Position numbers and translations under genes: made by a program. Source: the human T2T-CHM13v2.0 reference genome, Homo sapiens. Taken from it: a stretch of DNA of 64,000 nucleotides. The stretch lies in the NCBI RefSeq assembly GCF_009914755.1, contig NC_060925.1; one strand, given 5' to 3'. The notes below the pieces were generated by a model that was not told where the DNA came from, did not search any database, and saw only the letters and a list, made by a program, of their open reading frames with translations. Below are positions 1 to 13,513 of this stretch, piece after piece. Position 1 is the stretch's first letter, and the number at the start of each line of letters is the position of its first letter.

Positions 1-310
1 GTACCATTTACTAATTTTTTGACCCTGATGAAGTAACTTAACCTCTTGTAGCTTTATCTCATGTACAAAATTGAGACAACAGTAAGATGTTCTCATCTAA
101 GTAAAATGTTGAAATGTTGGAGTGTTCCAGGCTTGTTTAGATAGATGGAAAACACACACACACTCATTCACTCTCTCTCTCTGTTACTCTGTCTTTCCAA
201 TAAGTCTTGTTTTCACTTCTTAAGAATCAGCCTAGAGGTGACTGGAGGAAGAGAAACTAAGTTGTGGTGACAAAGAACAAGACTATGAGTAAGGATCACT
301 ATTACCCTTA

Positions 311-642
<332 letters not shown>

Positions 643-699
643 ATTTTTTTCAAGGAATAGAACCACTGCACATGCTCCTCCTGATCCCCCAAAGTGTAA

Positions 700-837
700 G
701 ATTTTCATGCAAATAGCTATCTCCCAGGACTTACATTAGTAAGGTATCTGGATATAAAAATCAGTGTTCCCTAAATCAGCTGTGTTTCCATTATATCAAA
801 AATAAACTTTTAGAAATTACCATTTGAATTAACAAAG

Positions 838-892
<55 letters not shown>

Positions 893-1900
893 CCTAGAAA
901 GAAATCCCGTAAGATTTGTGCAGGGCATTTATGAAGAAAACTGTGCAATTTATGGGAAGTTATTAAGAAAGACCACATAATTTAATAGATACATTAAGTT
1001 TACGGTTTAGAAGACTCAATGTCATTAAGTACAAATTTTCTTCAAATTTGTTTACATATTCAATGTAAATCATCTAAATCCCAACAAATACTAAGAAAGC
1101 TGACAACTTGATTCAATGTGTACATTAATGAGCAAAAATCCAAGAATAACTATGAAAATCCTGAGATGATTAAGGAGATGTGCACTACCATATATAAGGA
1201 TGTATTATAAAGCTATAATATTAAGACAATGTGGTATTGAGACAAAGATAAGCAAATTGCTGGTCAAATAGCCTAAGCTCTAAAAACACATATATATGAA
1301 ACTTTGTGATAGAATTGTCAGTTCATATCAAAAACAGGATGATTAGGTCTTTTAAATGGTACTGACACAACTGCTTATACACAAGGGAAAAAAAAGAAAT
1401 TAGATACCTGCTTCACATCACCTACAGACATGGACTTAAGACTTAATTGTAAAAGGCAAAACTTTAATACTTTTAGAAGAAAATACTTTGGAATCAGCAA
1501 AGATTTCATACGCAAGACAAAAATACTAATCATAAAATAAAATACTGACAAATTAAACCTCATCAAAATTAAGAACTTTTGTACATGAAAAGACAACATA
1601 AAGAAAGTCAGGAAATGAGTTGCCAATCAGAAAAAAATAATTTCAACAGAAGTAAGCCATGAGGGTTTGTATCAGACTAAATTTTTAAACCTTTATAAAC
1701 CAATAAGAAATAGACAAAAGTGCACACTATGAACAAAATAAAAGCCACAAACAGATATTTCATGGAAGAAACTGCATAAATGGTAAATTAACATATGAAA
1801 AAGGACTCAACCTCATCAGTAATCAGGGAAATCTAAATTAAGTCTACCATAGAGTACTATTTTATAACTACAAAAATGGAAATGGGGACTAAGAAGTCTT
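700..1900 (+). mobile_element. Ancient L1M ORF2/3' remnant
   Basis: A-rich, degenerate L1 motifs (AAAGCTATAATATTAAGACAATGTGGTATTG, CTCATCAGTAATCAGGGAAAT). Confidence 0.65.
840..893 (+). repeat. (CA)n microsatellite
   Basis: Direct read. Confidence 0.95.
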
Positions 1901-1909
1901 CTTACATTA

Positions 1910-2530
1910 TATAAACCAAAAATAAAATTGTAAGACCCCCCAAGCATCTTAATGGACCCCTCCTCTTGGCCAAGGGCATTCCAAAGTGAACCTGAAAAAC
2001 TAGTTCAGGCCATGATGGGAAGGGGGAGCTGAACATGCCTCATCATACCCTCCTCCCTTTTGGAATTACTGGTAGAACAGACTCTAAGTCTGATAAAAAA
2101 AAATAAAATAAAAAACATTTACAATCTATTCTCTCTGAAGTCTGCTGCCTGGATACCTGGAGGCTTCATCTGAATGACAAAACCTTGGTCTCCACAACCC
2201 CTTATCACAAGCCAGATATTCCTTTCTATTGATAATAACGAATTGCCAATCAGAAAATCTTTGAATCTGCCTATGACTTGGAAGCCACCCCACCCCTGCC
2301 TGCTGCTTCCAGTTGTCCTGCCTTTCCAAACTGAACCAATGTACATTTTACATGTATTGATTGATGTCTTATGTCTCTGTAAAATGCATAAAACCAAGCT
2401 GCATCCTGACCACCTTGAGTACATGTTCTCAGGATCTCCTGAGGGCTGTGTCACAGGCCATTGGTCACTCATATTTGGCTCAGGATAAATCTCTTCAAAT
2501 ATTTCACAGAGTTTGACTTTTTTGTTGACA
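1910..2530 (+). mobile_element. MER4-family solo LTR (ERV1)
   Basis: Starts TATAAACCAAAAATAAAATT; ends GGTCACTCATATTTGGCTCAGGATAAATCTCTTC...GTTGACA. Confidence 0.7.
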
Positions 2531-2942
2531 AATACTAAGTGTTGACAAGGGATTTAGTGACATAGAAATCCTTATATCCTATTAATGACAGGGCAAAGTA
2601 GTATAGCCATGTAGAAATTAACTTGGCATCATCTTATAAAATTAAAAATTTACACATCTATAACACCTTATTTTTCTTTCAGTACCTTTTAAAGATGTTG
2701 TTGCTACATTGTCTTCTTACTTGCATTATTTCCAACAAGAAATCTGATGTTTTCTTTGTGCCTCTGTGTGTAGCATGTCTTTTTATCTCCGATCACTTTT
2801 GAGATTTTCTCTCACTAACTTTCAGTAATTTGATTATTAAATCCTTACGCTGTTTTCTTCATGGTTTTTGTTGTTTGGGGAGTGTTTTTATTTGTTTTTG
2901 TGCTTGGGGTTCATTGAGAATCTTGGATTTATAAATTTATAG

Positions 2943-3436
2943 TGTAGGGGAGAAAAAATAATTTTTCTTCTACCCTTCTGAGTTCTCAGCTGGGACTTTT
3001 ATAACAAGACAGATTAACAACAGAAAAGCAGATAATCAGGGAAAAATGAGTAACTCTCAAAGAGGTGGCCTAGAATTTTAGCTTATGTAGCATCTTCAAC
3101 TAAAAGAAAGAAAGAAGGGTGTTGGGAAAGCAAGCTATGGGAAAGTGTTCAGGAAAATCAAACAAGAGTAAGGTTTATTATGCAGATTTAAATTGGTGCC
3201 TTCTCCATTGATAAGAGCCTTTTGTGATTTAGTCCTCCTTCTTTTCCCAGCCCAGAGAGGGAGATAGCCTTAGAAATGGAGATTTCTTTTAAAAATGTAA
3301 ATTTCCCTTACAGAAGGGTAACTTCTACTGTGTTTTTAGAATTCTCCTGTGTCTACTGTTTCTCAAAATAATCAGCTCAAAATAATCCTTATGCCAAAAA
3401 GTCATATTTTAGGGTGGCACATGCCTGTCTCCTACA
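2943..3436 (-). mobile_element. MER4-group LTR, subfamily uncertain
   Basis: TG...CA ends and LTR-like content inserted in an old L1. Confidence 0.5.
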
Positions 3437-3494
3437 AGTTTTCATCAAGTTTGAAAACTTTTTGGTCATTCTTTGTTCAAATATTTTTTCTATC

Positions 3495-4124
3495 TGTTAC
3501 CAGGAAGGGGTCCCAATCCAGACTCCGAGAGAGGGTTCTTGGATCTCATGCAAGGAAGAAGTTGGAGTGAGTCCATAGAGTAAAGTGAAAGCAAGTTTAT
3601 TTAAGAAAGTAAAGAAATAAAGAATGACTACTCCATAGGCAGACCAGCCCCAAGGGTTACTGGTTGGCTATTTTTGTGGTTATTTCTTGATTATATGCTA
3701 AACAAGGGGTGGATTTTTATTCCTTTCCAGGAAAGCGGGGGCAATTCCAGGAACTGACAGTTCCTCCTCTTTTTAGACCATATAGTGTAATTTCCTGACG
3801 TTGCCATGGCACTTGTAAACTGTCATGGTGCTGGTGGGAGTGTCTTTTAACAGGCTAACGGATTATAATTAGCATATAACGAGCAGTGAGGACGATCAAA
3901 GGTCACTTTCATCACCATCTTGGTTTTAGTGGCTTTTGGCCAGCTTCTTTACCATATCCTTTTATCAGCAAGGTCTTTGTGACCTGTTCCTTGTGCTGAC
4001 CTCCTATCTCATCCTGTGACTAAGAATGCCTTAACCTCCTGGGAATGCAGCCCAGTAGGTCTCAGCCTTATTTCACCCAGCCCCTATTCAAGATGGAGTT
4101 GCTCTGGTTCAAACGCCTCTGACA
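3495..4124 (-). mobile_element. MER41B solo LTR, full length, with two GAS sites (3725-3733, 3745-3753)
   Basis: Minus strand begins TGTCAGAGGCGTTTGAACCAGAGCAACTCCATCTTGAATAGGGG; 630 bp; TSD TATC (3491-3494, 4125-4128). Confidence 0.85.
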
Positions 4125-4157
4125 TATCCACCTTCCTCTTTTTTCAAGGACTCCAAT

Positions 4158-4859
4158 TGTAACGCTAAAGATTTTTGCCTTAGCCAGACCAAACAATTGG
4201 TGTGGCGGCTGCCCGTGGCGATGGAAACACGGACCAAGAGAAAAAAAGCTGTAGGCTTTATTGAGCAGAGTGACAGTACAAAGCTTTTCAGCGTGGAAGG
4301 GGTTTCGAGCGGGTAGTCAGAGGTCGATGATGCAGTTGCTTTTGAAACTCTTTAAGGCGGGAAATACGTGTAGAGGGAAGATGTTATCAGAGCGAGAAAC
4401 AAAGGCAGTAAATTATTTTGTGACATGTCTTAGATTTTGAGGAAAACCAGAATTGTAACTTAGGTTTTACTTATTTTATGACCTTGCAGCAGTATGGCAA
4501 AGGAAACAATCTTACAGGACTTTATAAAGTATGTTTACAAGGAATTGGAATTGGGAGTATAGATAAAGTTCGCTGGTCATAGAAAAACAGGCATTTAATA
4601 TTCCTTTTAGTTTTAGGGGAGGGGGAAGGGAGAGAGGGAGAGAGGACACAGGGAAGCTTACAGCAAAATTTTTGCTGTTTATAGCTTTTTTTGGGAAGAA
4701 AACACATGCACAAATCCTGGTGTTAGGAATATTTTAAGCATATATCTTTAATATTATTCATTCAGGACCGAAGTAAGTTCTGATGCAGAAAATGAGTGAG
4801 TTTTACAGCTTTCTGAGCCCCTGTTTGACTCAGGAAGCCCAGCTGGCCCCCTCCTTTCA
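4158..4859 (-). mobile_element. LTR30-like solo LTR (ERV1)
   Basis: Minus strand begins TGAAAGGAGGGGGCCAGCTGGGCTTCCTGAGTC...GGGGCTCAGAAAGCTG; about 700 bp. Confidence 0.65.
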
Positions 4860-5245
4860 AAATTACACATATATTAGGCCACTTGAAGTTGTCCCACACC
4901 TCACTGATTCTCTTTTCATTTTTTTTAACCCTCTGTTTCATTTTGGATTGTTTCTATTGCTCTGTCTTTGCATTCATTAATCTTGTTTTCTGTGGTCTAA
5001 TGTGCTCTCAATCCCATCCAGCATACTGGTTTTCATCTCTAGAAGTTGGATTTTAGTGTTTTTCTATTTTCCATGTCTTAATTGAGGTAAGACCCTTCTG
5101 GGTTCTCTATCACATGCCTTGTGAATTGTGCTCTCCTTTTTTGGGAACTGGCACTATTTCCAGCCCTGTGTGAGTGTTGGGTACTGTTCTAGCTAATGCT
5201 TTCAAGTGGTTCTTTCCTGGGGTAGTTTTTTCACACACATGCACC

Positions 5246-5709
5246 TGTGAAATTAAAGAAAAAGAAGAAGAAGAAACTTTTTATCTGAGGAATGTGAGCC
5301 CCTTTAAATTATCAAGCTTGGAGAGGCATTGGAATGAAACTGCAGTCACATCACTCCCCCTTGAGTGATTATCTTGTAAAGCCACTTGCTATACGGGCTC
5401 CAGACTAACTGATGCCAAGCAGCCATAAAATACCATATGCTGGACACCACGACTCATATCCTATAGTTCAACAGTGTATAACCAATAACTAATCCATGTC
5501 ATCTCTGTAAGCCAATGAAAATTTCTATCAAAGAACTTTGTATCCATCCACTTCTTCTTACTTTTGCCTTTAAAAACCTGCTTGTAACAAAAGCTGATTG
5601 AGCACTCCCTGAGTTAACTTGGAAGTGTGTCCTGGGCAGCTGTGCTCACTTTGGCTCAAGTAAACTCTTTAAATTATATCTTGTGCTTCAGCCCCTTCCT
5701 TCTAGATCA
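5246..5709 (+). mobile_element. Solo LTR, subfamily uncertain
   Basis: TG...CA ends, TATA-like CCTTTAAAAA and AGTAAA poly(A)-type motifs. Confidence 0.5.
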
Positions 5710-7465
5710 GCACACTGATTACTACTCTGCTGAATACTTGGTGGGGACCCTCAGCAGATCTCTGGAATTCTCTCTGTGTGCAGCTTTTTCATTTCCATTT
5801 CTTGGATCCATGAGTTCTAGCCACCTTGGTCTCTCCAGACTCAGCTCTGTCTCCTCAATTCTGGGACTCCACTGGGACCTGCCTGAGTTCCCCTGTACCA
5901 CAGCCTGGAGACCCTCTCAATGCAGTAGGTGAGGCAATTGCAGGGCTCATCTTTTTTCTTCCCTATCTCTCAGGGGTGACTGTCTTTTGTTGCCTGATGT
6001 CCACAGTTTCAAAAAAACATTGTTTCATGTATTTTGTTGTTTTGTTTAATTTTGTTTAGTTTAATTTTGTTTCAGGTGAGAGGATAAATTCAGTCTCTGC
6101 TACTCCATCTTGGCTGGAAATCTGGTATATCATTAATAATATTCTTGTTGTTAATTTGGGTTGTGGGTTTATAAATGTTCATTTTCTTATTTTGCATCAT
6201 TAACCATATACACATATATATTACACATTTTTTCATTTGCGTAAAATATTAGTCAACTTTTTTAAGTTCTAAAAGAAAGTGAAGAGCCCTGGGGCGGAAC
6301 AAGGGCAAAGAAGTAGGAAGAGTCTGTGGCCAACCTCTTAACTCACGTACCTTTCTGACCCTTCTACCTCTTCTACCTAGAGCCCTCCATCTCAGCCAGC
6401 TCCCCCGTCCTTGTCACCATGACTCTGAAGGTGCCTTTCTGACACACCAAGATGGTCAAGGAAAAATGGTGCTGGGTTAGGTGACAGGGAAGATCATGAG
6501 CTTTCATACTTTATGATCTGACAAGCCACTGTAGCCTCTCACATTTATATACTAAGTGAGGGTCTTTCAGAATAGCGCTTCAGTGTCTGCACCTGACTCA
6601 CACTATTAGGCAGTTAAAAGCTGGGGAATGAGCTCATGTGAAGAGTTTTTCCATTTCAGATGATAGCTATTTTTAGGAACACAAGCTACATAAATGTTTT
6701 AACCCTTTTCCCATCCTTTTCCTCTTGCTGCTGTGATACAGGAAGAAAATCAAAATGGAGTGACCTTGCTATCTGGGGAAAGATGAAAACTGCATGTGCA
6801 AAAGCAAACAGACTGAGATTTATAACGAGTTGATCCCTTAAAAGCTTAGGAAAGAATCTCAAGGGCACATAGGAAAATAAGCAAAGGGCTTGATAGATAT
6901 ATTCATGACAACACAAGAAGGTGAAGTCGGGAAGAGGAAATGGACAAGGTCATCCCAAATTGAAATAACTTATAAAAGATAAATTATAATATCTCCAGAA
7001 ATTAACTGTAAAGATTCCTATAAAATCATAGATGATAATTTTTTAAAATAAAAGATTGAGTAGTAAGAATAACTAAGAATAAAAAATTAATGAGTTCCTA
7101 GTGGAAACTTAAAATTGAACCACTGGGGGACTTTCTATAATGAATGGCAGTTGAAGAAAAAAATTGGGTAAACTTTATATGAATATTTGAGAAACACCTC
7201 AAGCATTAGCAACTACATAAAAGTTATACATTTCACCTGTCCAAGAGCTGTTACAACAGTATACAAAACATATTAAGCAAAATTGTACTATAGACAATTA
7301 CTTATATGCAATTCTTTACTTAAAATTTAGCAGATACATTTGAATAGTTTCTAAAACACATGATCATCAAAGAAGGAATTGAGTAGGAAATAAAGCATTA
7401 CTGTTTTTTACTCATAAAGAGATGAAAATAAAATAAATTATTGGTCAATTCTTTATGAGATTTAA

Positions 7466-8301
<836 letters not shown>

Positions 8302-8330
8302 CTAATTGTTCTTCTGAGCATCATGATTTT

Positions 8331-8584
8331 TTTCCATGAATTTTTATTTTAAGTTCCAGGGTACATGTGCGGGATGTGCAGTTTGATTACATAGGTAAAC
8401 GTGTGCCATAGTGATTTGCTGCACAGATCAACCCATCACCTAGGTATTAAGCAAAGCATTTATTAGCTCTTCTACCTGACATTCTCTCTCTCCCAACCCC
8501 ACCCGACTGGCCACAGTATGTGTTGTTCCCCCACCATGTGTCCGTGTCTTCTCATCGTTCAGCTCCTACATATAAGTGAGAACA
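8331..8584 (-). mobile_element. 5'-truncated L1PA/PB 3' end
   Basis: L1 3'UTR sequence; 15-bp TSD GAGCATCATGATTTT at 8316-8330 and 8585-8599. Confidence 0.85.
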
Positions 8585-10607
8585 GAGCATCATGATTTTC
8601 ATTGTCCATCAAATGCTAGAAGACTACTCTGCTTTTGTTACTATGTTTGCCCCATTTTTCTAGCTCTTCTTACATGAATTTAAACCTACATCAATGGCTA
8701 TTTCCTCAACATTTGGAAACAACAATACTTATTAGAAAGAAAGTATTTTATCCTTCCAGGCTATAGATCTTACATTCCTCTTACACAACAATCCTAATTC
8801 CCTCATGTTATCCTGATCAATGAAATGATTTCACTTATTTTTCAAAGAAGTAGCTATTTTACTACAAAGCAGGAATCACAAGGCATGGGGTGGGCACTGT
8901 TATACTCCATCAGTGAGTATGTAAAGGAAATCAAACTGTCTGATTTTGAATCCTGCTTCTATTTTTCACAACCTTGGACAAATTACTGATTTCCTCTTTC
9001 ACTAGGTTTATCATTTGTAAAATGGAGATACTAGTGTCTACTCATGGATTATTGTGAGGCTTAAATAAGAAAACATGTATCAAGCATATTTGTCTGGCTT
9101 GTAATAAGCACTCTAAAATTTATGCAGTGATGAGGATAATGATCATAGACAATCTGATAGCATCTTATCCAAAGGAAAAAATGCGCATTTCCTTTGAGTA
9201 AGCACTACTGATTCTAGGAATGTGTCCTAAGGAAAAAATAAGTCAAATGTTTAAAGGTAGTCACAAGACTATTTTGGTAGTAAGCAGTCTTTTTTACTGG
9301 TCACACAGTAAAAAATTAGAAATAACCTACATGTTCATGAAGAGAAGTTGGTGAAATAAATTATGGTACATGCATACAGTAGAAAACTTTGGAGACAAAA
9401 TAGTAAAATAGTTACAGATATAGGCTTTGAATATAAATTTTAACAAGCTGAGGCTTCTCTCATCTCTTCAGAACACCCTGAGTTCTTCCCGGCCTTTCTT
9501 CCTTGCTTTTCATTTGTGTCAGTCAGCTCTTGCTTGTATAGCAATCTTCAAATCTCAGTAGCATATAAAGGTAAGCATTTAGTTCTCACTTACAAGTTTG
9601 CAGGGCAGGTGAGGCAGGTCTGCCTCAAGCCACAATGTCTAGGACAGCTCTGTTTCACACGGTGGCTGACTAGCTAAAAAATGTTCTTGTCTCAGCAATC
9701 ACAGGAGAACAAGAGGGTGAGAGATAATGTGTGAAGCTTCCTAAGTGCTAAGTTTGAAATTAGCACCATGTCATTTCCATTCACATTTCGCTGGCCAATG
9801 AAAGTCTCATGATGAGCCACAGTCAAGAGTCAGAGATGTACCCTCATGAGGCTGTGGAGAGAGTGTAGATTCAGGGAGCGGTGAGAAACTGGGGCCAGTA
9901 CACCAATCTACAGCATGATTTGTCATCATTTTTCATTCTCTGCTAGTAAGATTGCCAAAGTCTCTCTGCACTCATTGAATTCATCCTAGTTTCCATTTAG
10001 CTCTCTTTCTCTCTTACCACAATACCTAAAAATCTTTTTATGGGGTTACAACTCTGTCTCAGGAGCCACCTCAGTTTGGTGGCACAGAGCTCCCCACTTG
10101 TACTCTGAAACTCTTTTCTTGAAGATATTGCTATCCATGTGCATGAGTTATTTTTCTTCTCCATAGCATCCACATTAAACAATTAATTACCTTGGATTTA
10201 GCCAAAATAAACACTCCAAATTCATGATGTCTTTCAGGAAGAGAGTTTGTTTTCTTTTTTAACCAAAATGGGAGATTGATCCTGTCTGTGTCCCCTAGAG
10301 GAGCAGAGGCTGGTTTGTATTAGGGCAGCTCTTGTAGATGAGTAACTTTTCCCATGGCCTCATAGAGGCTGATATAGAAACTTCTGGATTCAAATGATTG
10401 TTTGGAGGCATTAGCCAGGCATTGAACCAATTATAAAGAGTGAGGTTTTGCCATATTCTAACCCTAAGAAACAGAAACGGTAGAGGGTAAAAATAGAATA
10501 GAATGTCAATACAACTTTAGCCTTTTCCCTGGATTCTGAGAGTTCATAACCTGAAAATCAGAGATTCAAACTGGGAGAGATGGGCTAACAGGTATGAGCA
10601 TGGGAAA

Positions 10608-10646
10608 AGCATGTTTCAAGAATTTGAGATGTATTTCCCAGAAAAG
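10608..10646 (+). promoter_or_regulatory. IFN-gamma response region (GRR) with GAS TTCCCAGAA at 10635-10643
   Basis: AGCATGTTTCAAGAATTTGAGATGTATTTCCCAGAAAAG matches the classical FCGR1 GRR/STAT1 site, about 135-170 bp upstream of the ATG. Confidence 0.9.
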
Positions 10647-10680
10647 GAACATGATGAAAATGGTCAGAAAAGGCAATTTC

Positions 10681-10691
10681 CTTCCTCTTTT
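10681..10691 (-). promoter_or_regulatory. PU.1 box of the FCGR1 promoter
   Basis: AAAAGAGGAAG on - strand between GRR and ATG, as known for FCGR1 myeloid expression. Confidence 0.8.
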
Positions 10692-10777
10692 CTAATTTGG
10701 CTCTGGAGCCACCAGCAGAACCTCTTCAATATCTTGCATGTTACAGATTTCACTACTCCCACCAGCTTGGAGACAAC

Positions 10778-10808
10778 ATGTGGTTCTTGACAACTCTGCT
10801 CCTTTGGG
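10778..10808 (+). CDS. FCGR1B: FCGR1B exon S1 (signal peptide, coding part)
   Basis: ATG TGG TTC TTG ACA ACT CTG CTC CTT TGG G|gtaagt. Confidence 0.95.
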
Positions 10809-11203
10809 GTAAGTTGGACTCAGAGGGGACAGTTAGAAGGGTACAGGCTGTGGCTGTTGTGAGTCAAGAGTTTTGTCTTCCTGTGGTAACTCTGGGTAGA
10901 ACTCATGAGTATGAAGCAACTTGTATCTGTGCTTCCACTGTTTATTAGAGCTTATTTTATGAAAAGGATGGGAAGGGCAACCCTGAGGTAGCATTAAGCC
11001 TGGACACACCGCAGTGAAGTTTCCTTGATAACCACCTGTAGCTTGTTCAGTTCTGTTAGTACTGGATTTTGAGAAAGAGAAATAGAAACTCAAGAGATCT
11101 GAGTTGATCCCTCAGAGTCTACATTAATTCTGTCTCCCCAATTCTCTCTTCCTCATTATTTTCCTTGGACCAACTGATATCTTTATTCTCTGATCTCTTG
11201 CAG

Positions 11204-11224
11204 TTCCAGTTGATGGGCAAGTGG
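11204..11224 (+). CDS. FCGR1B: FCGR1B exon S2 (21-nt microexon)
   Basis: ctcttgcag|TTCCAGTTGATGGGCAAGTGG|gtgagt = (V)PVDGQV. Confidence 0.95.
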
Positions 11225-11266
11225 GTGAGTGATCTCTAACTCAGCTTCTCCTTCTATGCCACTTTC

Positions 11267-11294
11267 CTACTTCCAAAGGATGGGTCCTATTAAC
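11267..11294 (-). other. Antisense terminal exon (coding part) for a spliced H2B transcript
   Basis: ctttcttctttctctgctttctctatatgctcttctgcag|G TTA ATA GGA CCC ATC CTT TGG AAG TAG. Joined to the H2B donor it gives ...TSSKLIGPILWK*, the C-terminus I recall for spliced H2BC18. Confidence 0.7.
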
Positions 11295-12036
11295 CTGCAG
11301 AAGAGCATATAGAGAAAGCAGAGAAAGAAGAAAGATTTATAAATTATGTAAAATCTCCCATATTCAGAGCATGATTTTCATAAAAACTATGATTTGTAGG
11401 CTTTCTTTCTAAAGTTTTCTGAATGAGCTCTTTCCTCTGAGCGAAATGCCTGAATGTATATATAACAGCAGGAAAGGGCCAGAATTGCACAAACACTAAA
11501 GTAGTCTGCTGACACTGAAGTAGTCTGCTGGGTTTCCCAACATCCCCTAAACCAGTCCCCTTTACAAGAAAGCAGAGTGGGTTTTTTCTCCTCAGAAAGA
11601 GCCAGGCAAATACTGAAGGCTTCAAAGAGAGGAGTTTGAACCTCCGTTTCCAATGTACAAGCTGCTGAAGCCCTGCAACGTACTCTCAGAGACAGTATAG
11701 CTCAGAGGATAAGGAAAACAGCTCCGCTTGGCTTGCCCAAGTCTAAAACCCTGCTTCATTGCTCCCAACAGAAAAACCTACATCAGTAATTTAATCCTCA
11801 GGAGCCCCAGATTCCCAACACCCAGATGAGGATTTAATAACAATGAACAGAGGTCTCTGCAGCAGGAGGACACTCTTAAAGGCTGGCTTTTGTAGGTTTC
11901 CACTTGCCTATTTTTCAAATAAATCTAAATATGTATTTTTCCCTTGTGCTATCCACAAAAGCCTCACCAGTTGCTCAGAGCCCTCCCCTTTACTCCACTT
12001 GATCTTTTTCTTTTTCTTCTTGTAATCTCCAAGTAG

Positions 12037-12291
12037 ACACCACAAAGGCAGTGATCACTTTGCAGCCTCCATGGGTCAGCGTGTTCCAAGAGGAAACCAT
12101 AACCTTGCACTGTGAGGTGCTCCATCTGCCTGGGAGCAGCTCCACACAGTGGTTTCTCAATGGCACAGCCACTCAGACCTCGACCCCCAGCTACAGAATC
12201 ACCTCTGCCAGTGTCAATGACAGTGGTGAATACAGGTGCCAGAGAGGTCTCTCAGGGCGAAGTGACCCCATACAGCTGGAAATCCACAGAG
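12037..12291 (+). CDS. FCGR1B: FCGR1B exon EC1 (Ig domain 1)
   Basis: 255 nt, [13 protein letters not shown]...CEV...YRCQ...EIHR, ag/gt flanked; overlaps ORF 12051..12425. Confidence 0.95.
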
Positions 12292-13438
12292 GTAATTATG
12301 ACTTGGACCAGGAGGGCCGGAAACTACAAGGTCTTCCTCTGCGTTCTCTCCTTTCTGGATGCCAGATGTGTGTGTGTGTCGATTTATCTGGGTGCAGGTC
12401 TCAGCACTATGTACCTACCAGGTGAAACTAAATCAGTATACTCAAAACATCACAGCAGGGTCCTTAAACTGTGTACCAACAGTACCTCAGCTGGGCCAGC
12501 TCTAAGTAGGATGTCTAGAGTAAGACTTCGGCCCTAAGATTGTATCATTATTCCAAATGTATGCCTGTACATAGTAAATAATAATAATTCAAACAAATGA
12601 GCAATAATGAATAATGAAATATCTTCCTCCCACCCAAAACCCTAGATCTGCAGTCACCTTCCACAGAAACAAAACTGCTAATATATATATACATATTATG
12701 CATATATATGTATATATTAGCATTATTATATATAAACTATATATATATACACACACATATATATAGTTTTAAAGCTGTGGGTGGTAGAACACTTTCTAAG
12801 TATTGTCCTATATCTTACTTTTATCACTTAAAATACCTTGAAGTTCTGTTTATATTAATAGAAATCCACTTTAAAATGTCTGCTGCACAGCTGTACCAGA
12901 ATTAATTTAACCATTCTGCCTATTGGCAAATTTGTAAGATGTTTCCACTCTTTTGATTTTACAAGCATTGCTGCAATAATTATCTTTATACATACATTCC
13001 GGGGGCACATTTCATAGGGTATCTGTAAGATAATATTCTGGACATGGAATTATTGTCATATTTTAATAAATGGAAGCAGAAAAGCCCACCACCCACTTAA
13101 ACCTGTAAGGAGTTTCTATTCATCAAGAGACGGAGACTGCAATATTCTTCAGGGAAAAATGCTTCATTCAATATGCAAGACAAAATAACCAAATGTATTA
13201 TTTAGTTATTCAGAAGTGATGAGTTTAAACTTCTTTAAAAATGATAATGCAAAAGTTAATCCACACTGGAGGCAAAATTGCCTTTATGCAGACATGGTTG
13301 CTGTTAGAGGAAATGTGTTTTAGCCAAGGAAATGTTGAGAATGTCTGAGGGAAGGCTTGATGTTCCTCATGTGTCCCTTAGGTCTCTGTAAATAAGTTCT
13401 TAGGATGGAGAGGTTAGGGAAGCTGACAGAGCTGTTTC

Positions 13439-13513
13439 CTTTTTTTTGAGACAGAGTCTCACTCTGTTGCCCAGGCTGGAATGCAGTGGTGCGATCTTGG
13501 CTCACTGCAACCT
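13439..13513 (-). mobile_element. Heavily 5'-truncated Alu (about 75 bp) in FCGR1B intron 3
   Basis: 16-bp perfect TSD CTGACAGAGCTGTTTC at 13423-13438 and 13514-13529. Confidence 0.85.

Noticed and set aside
11493-11530. 19-bp tandem duplication in intron 2, and the 26-bp pair at 59384, as array-like elements
   Set aside because: Only two adjacent copies and no spacers; ordinary slippage duplications.
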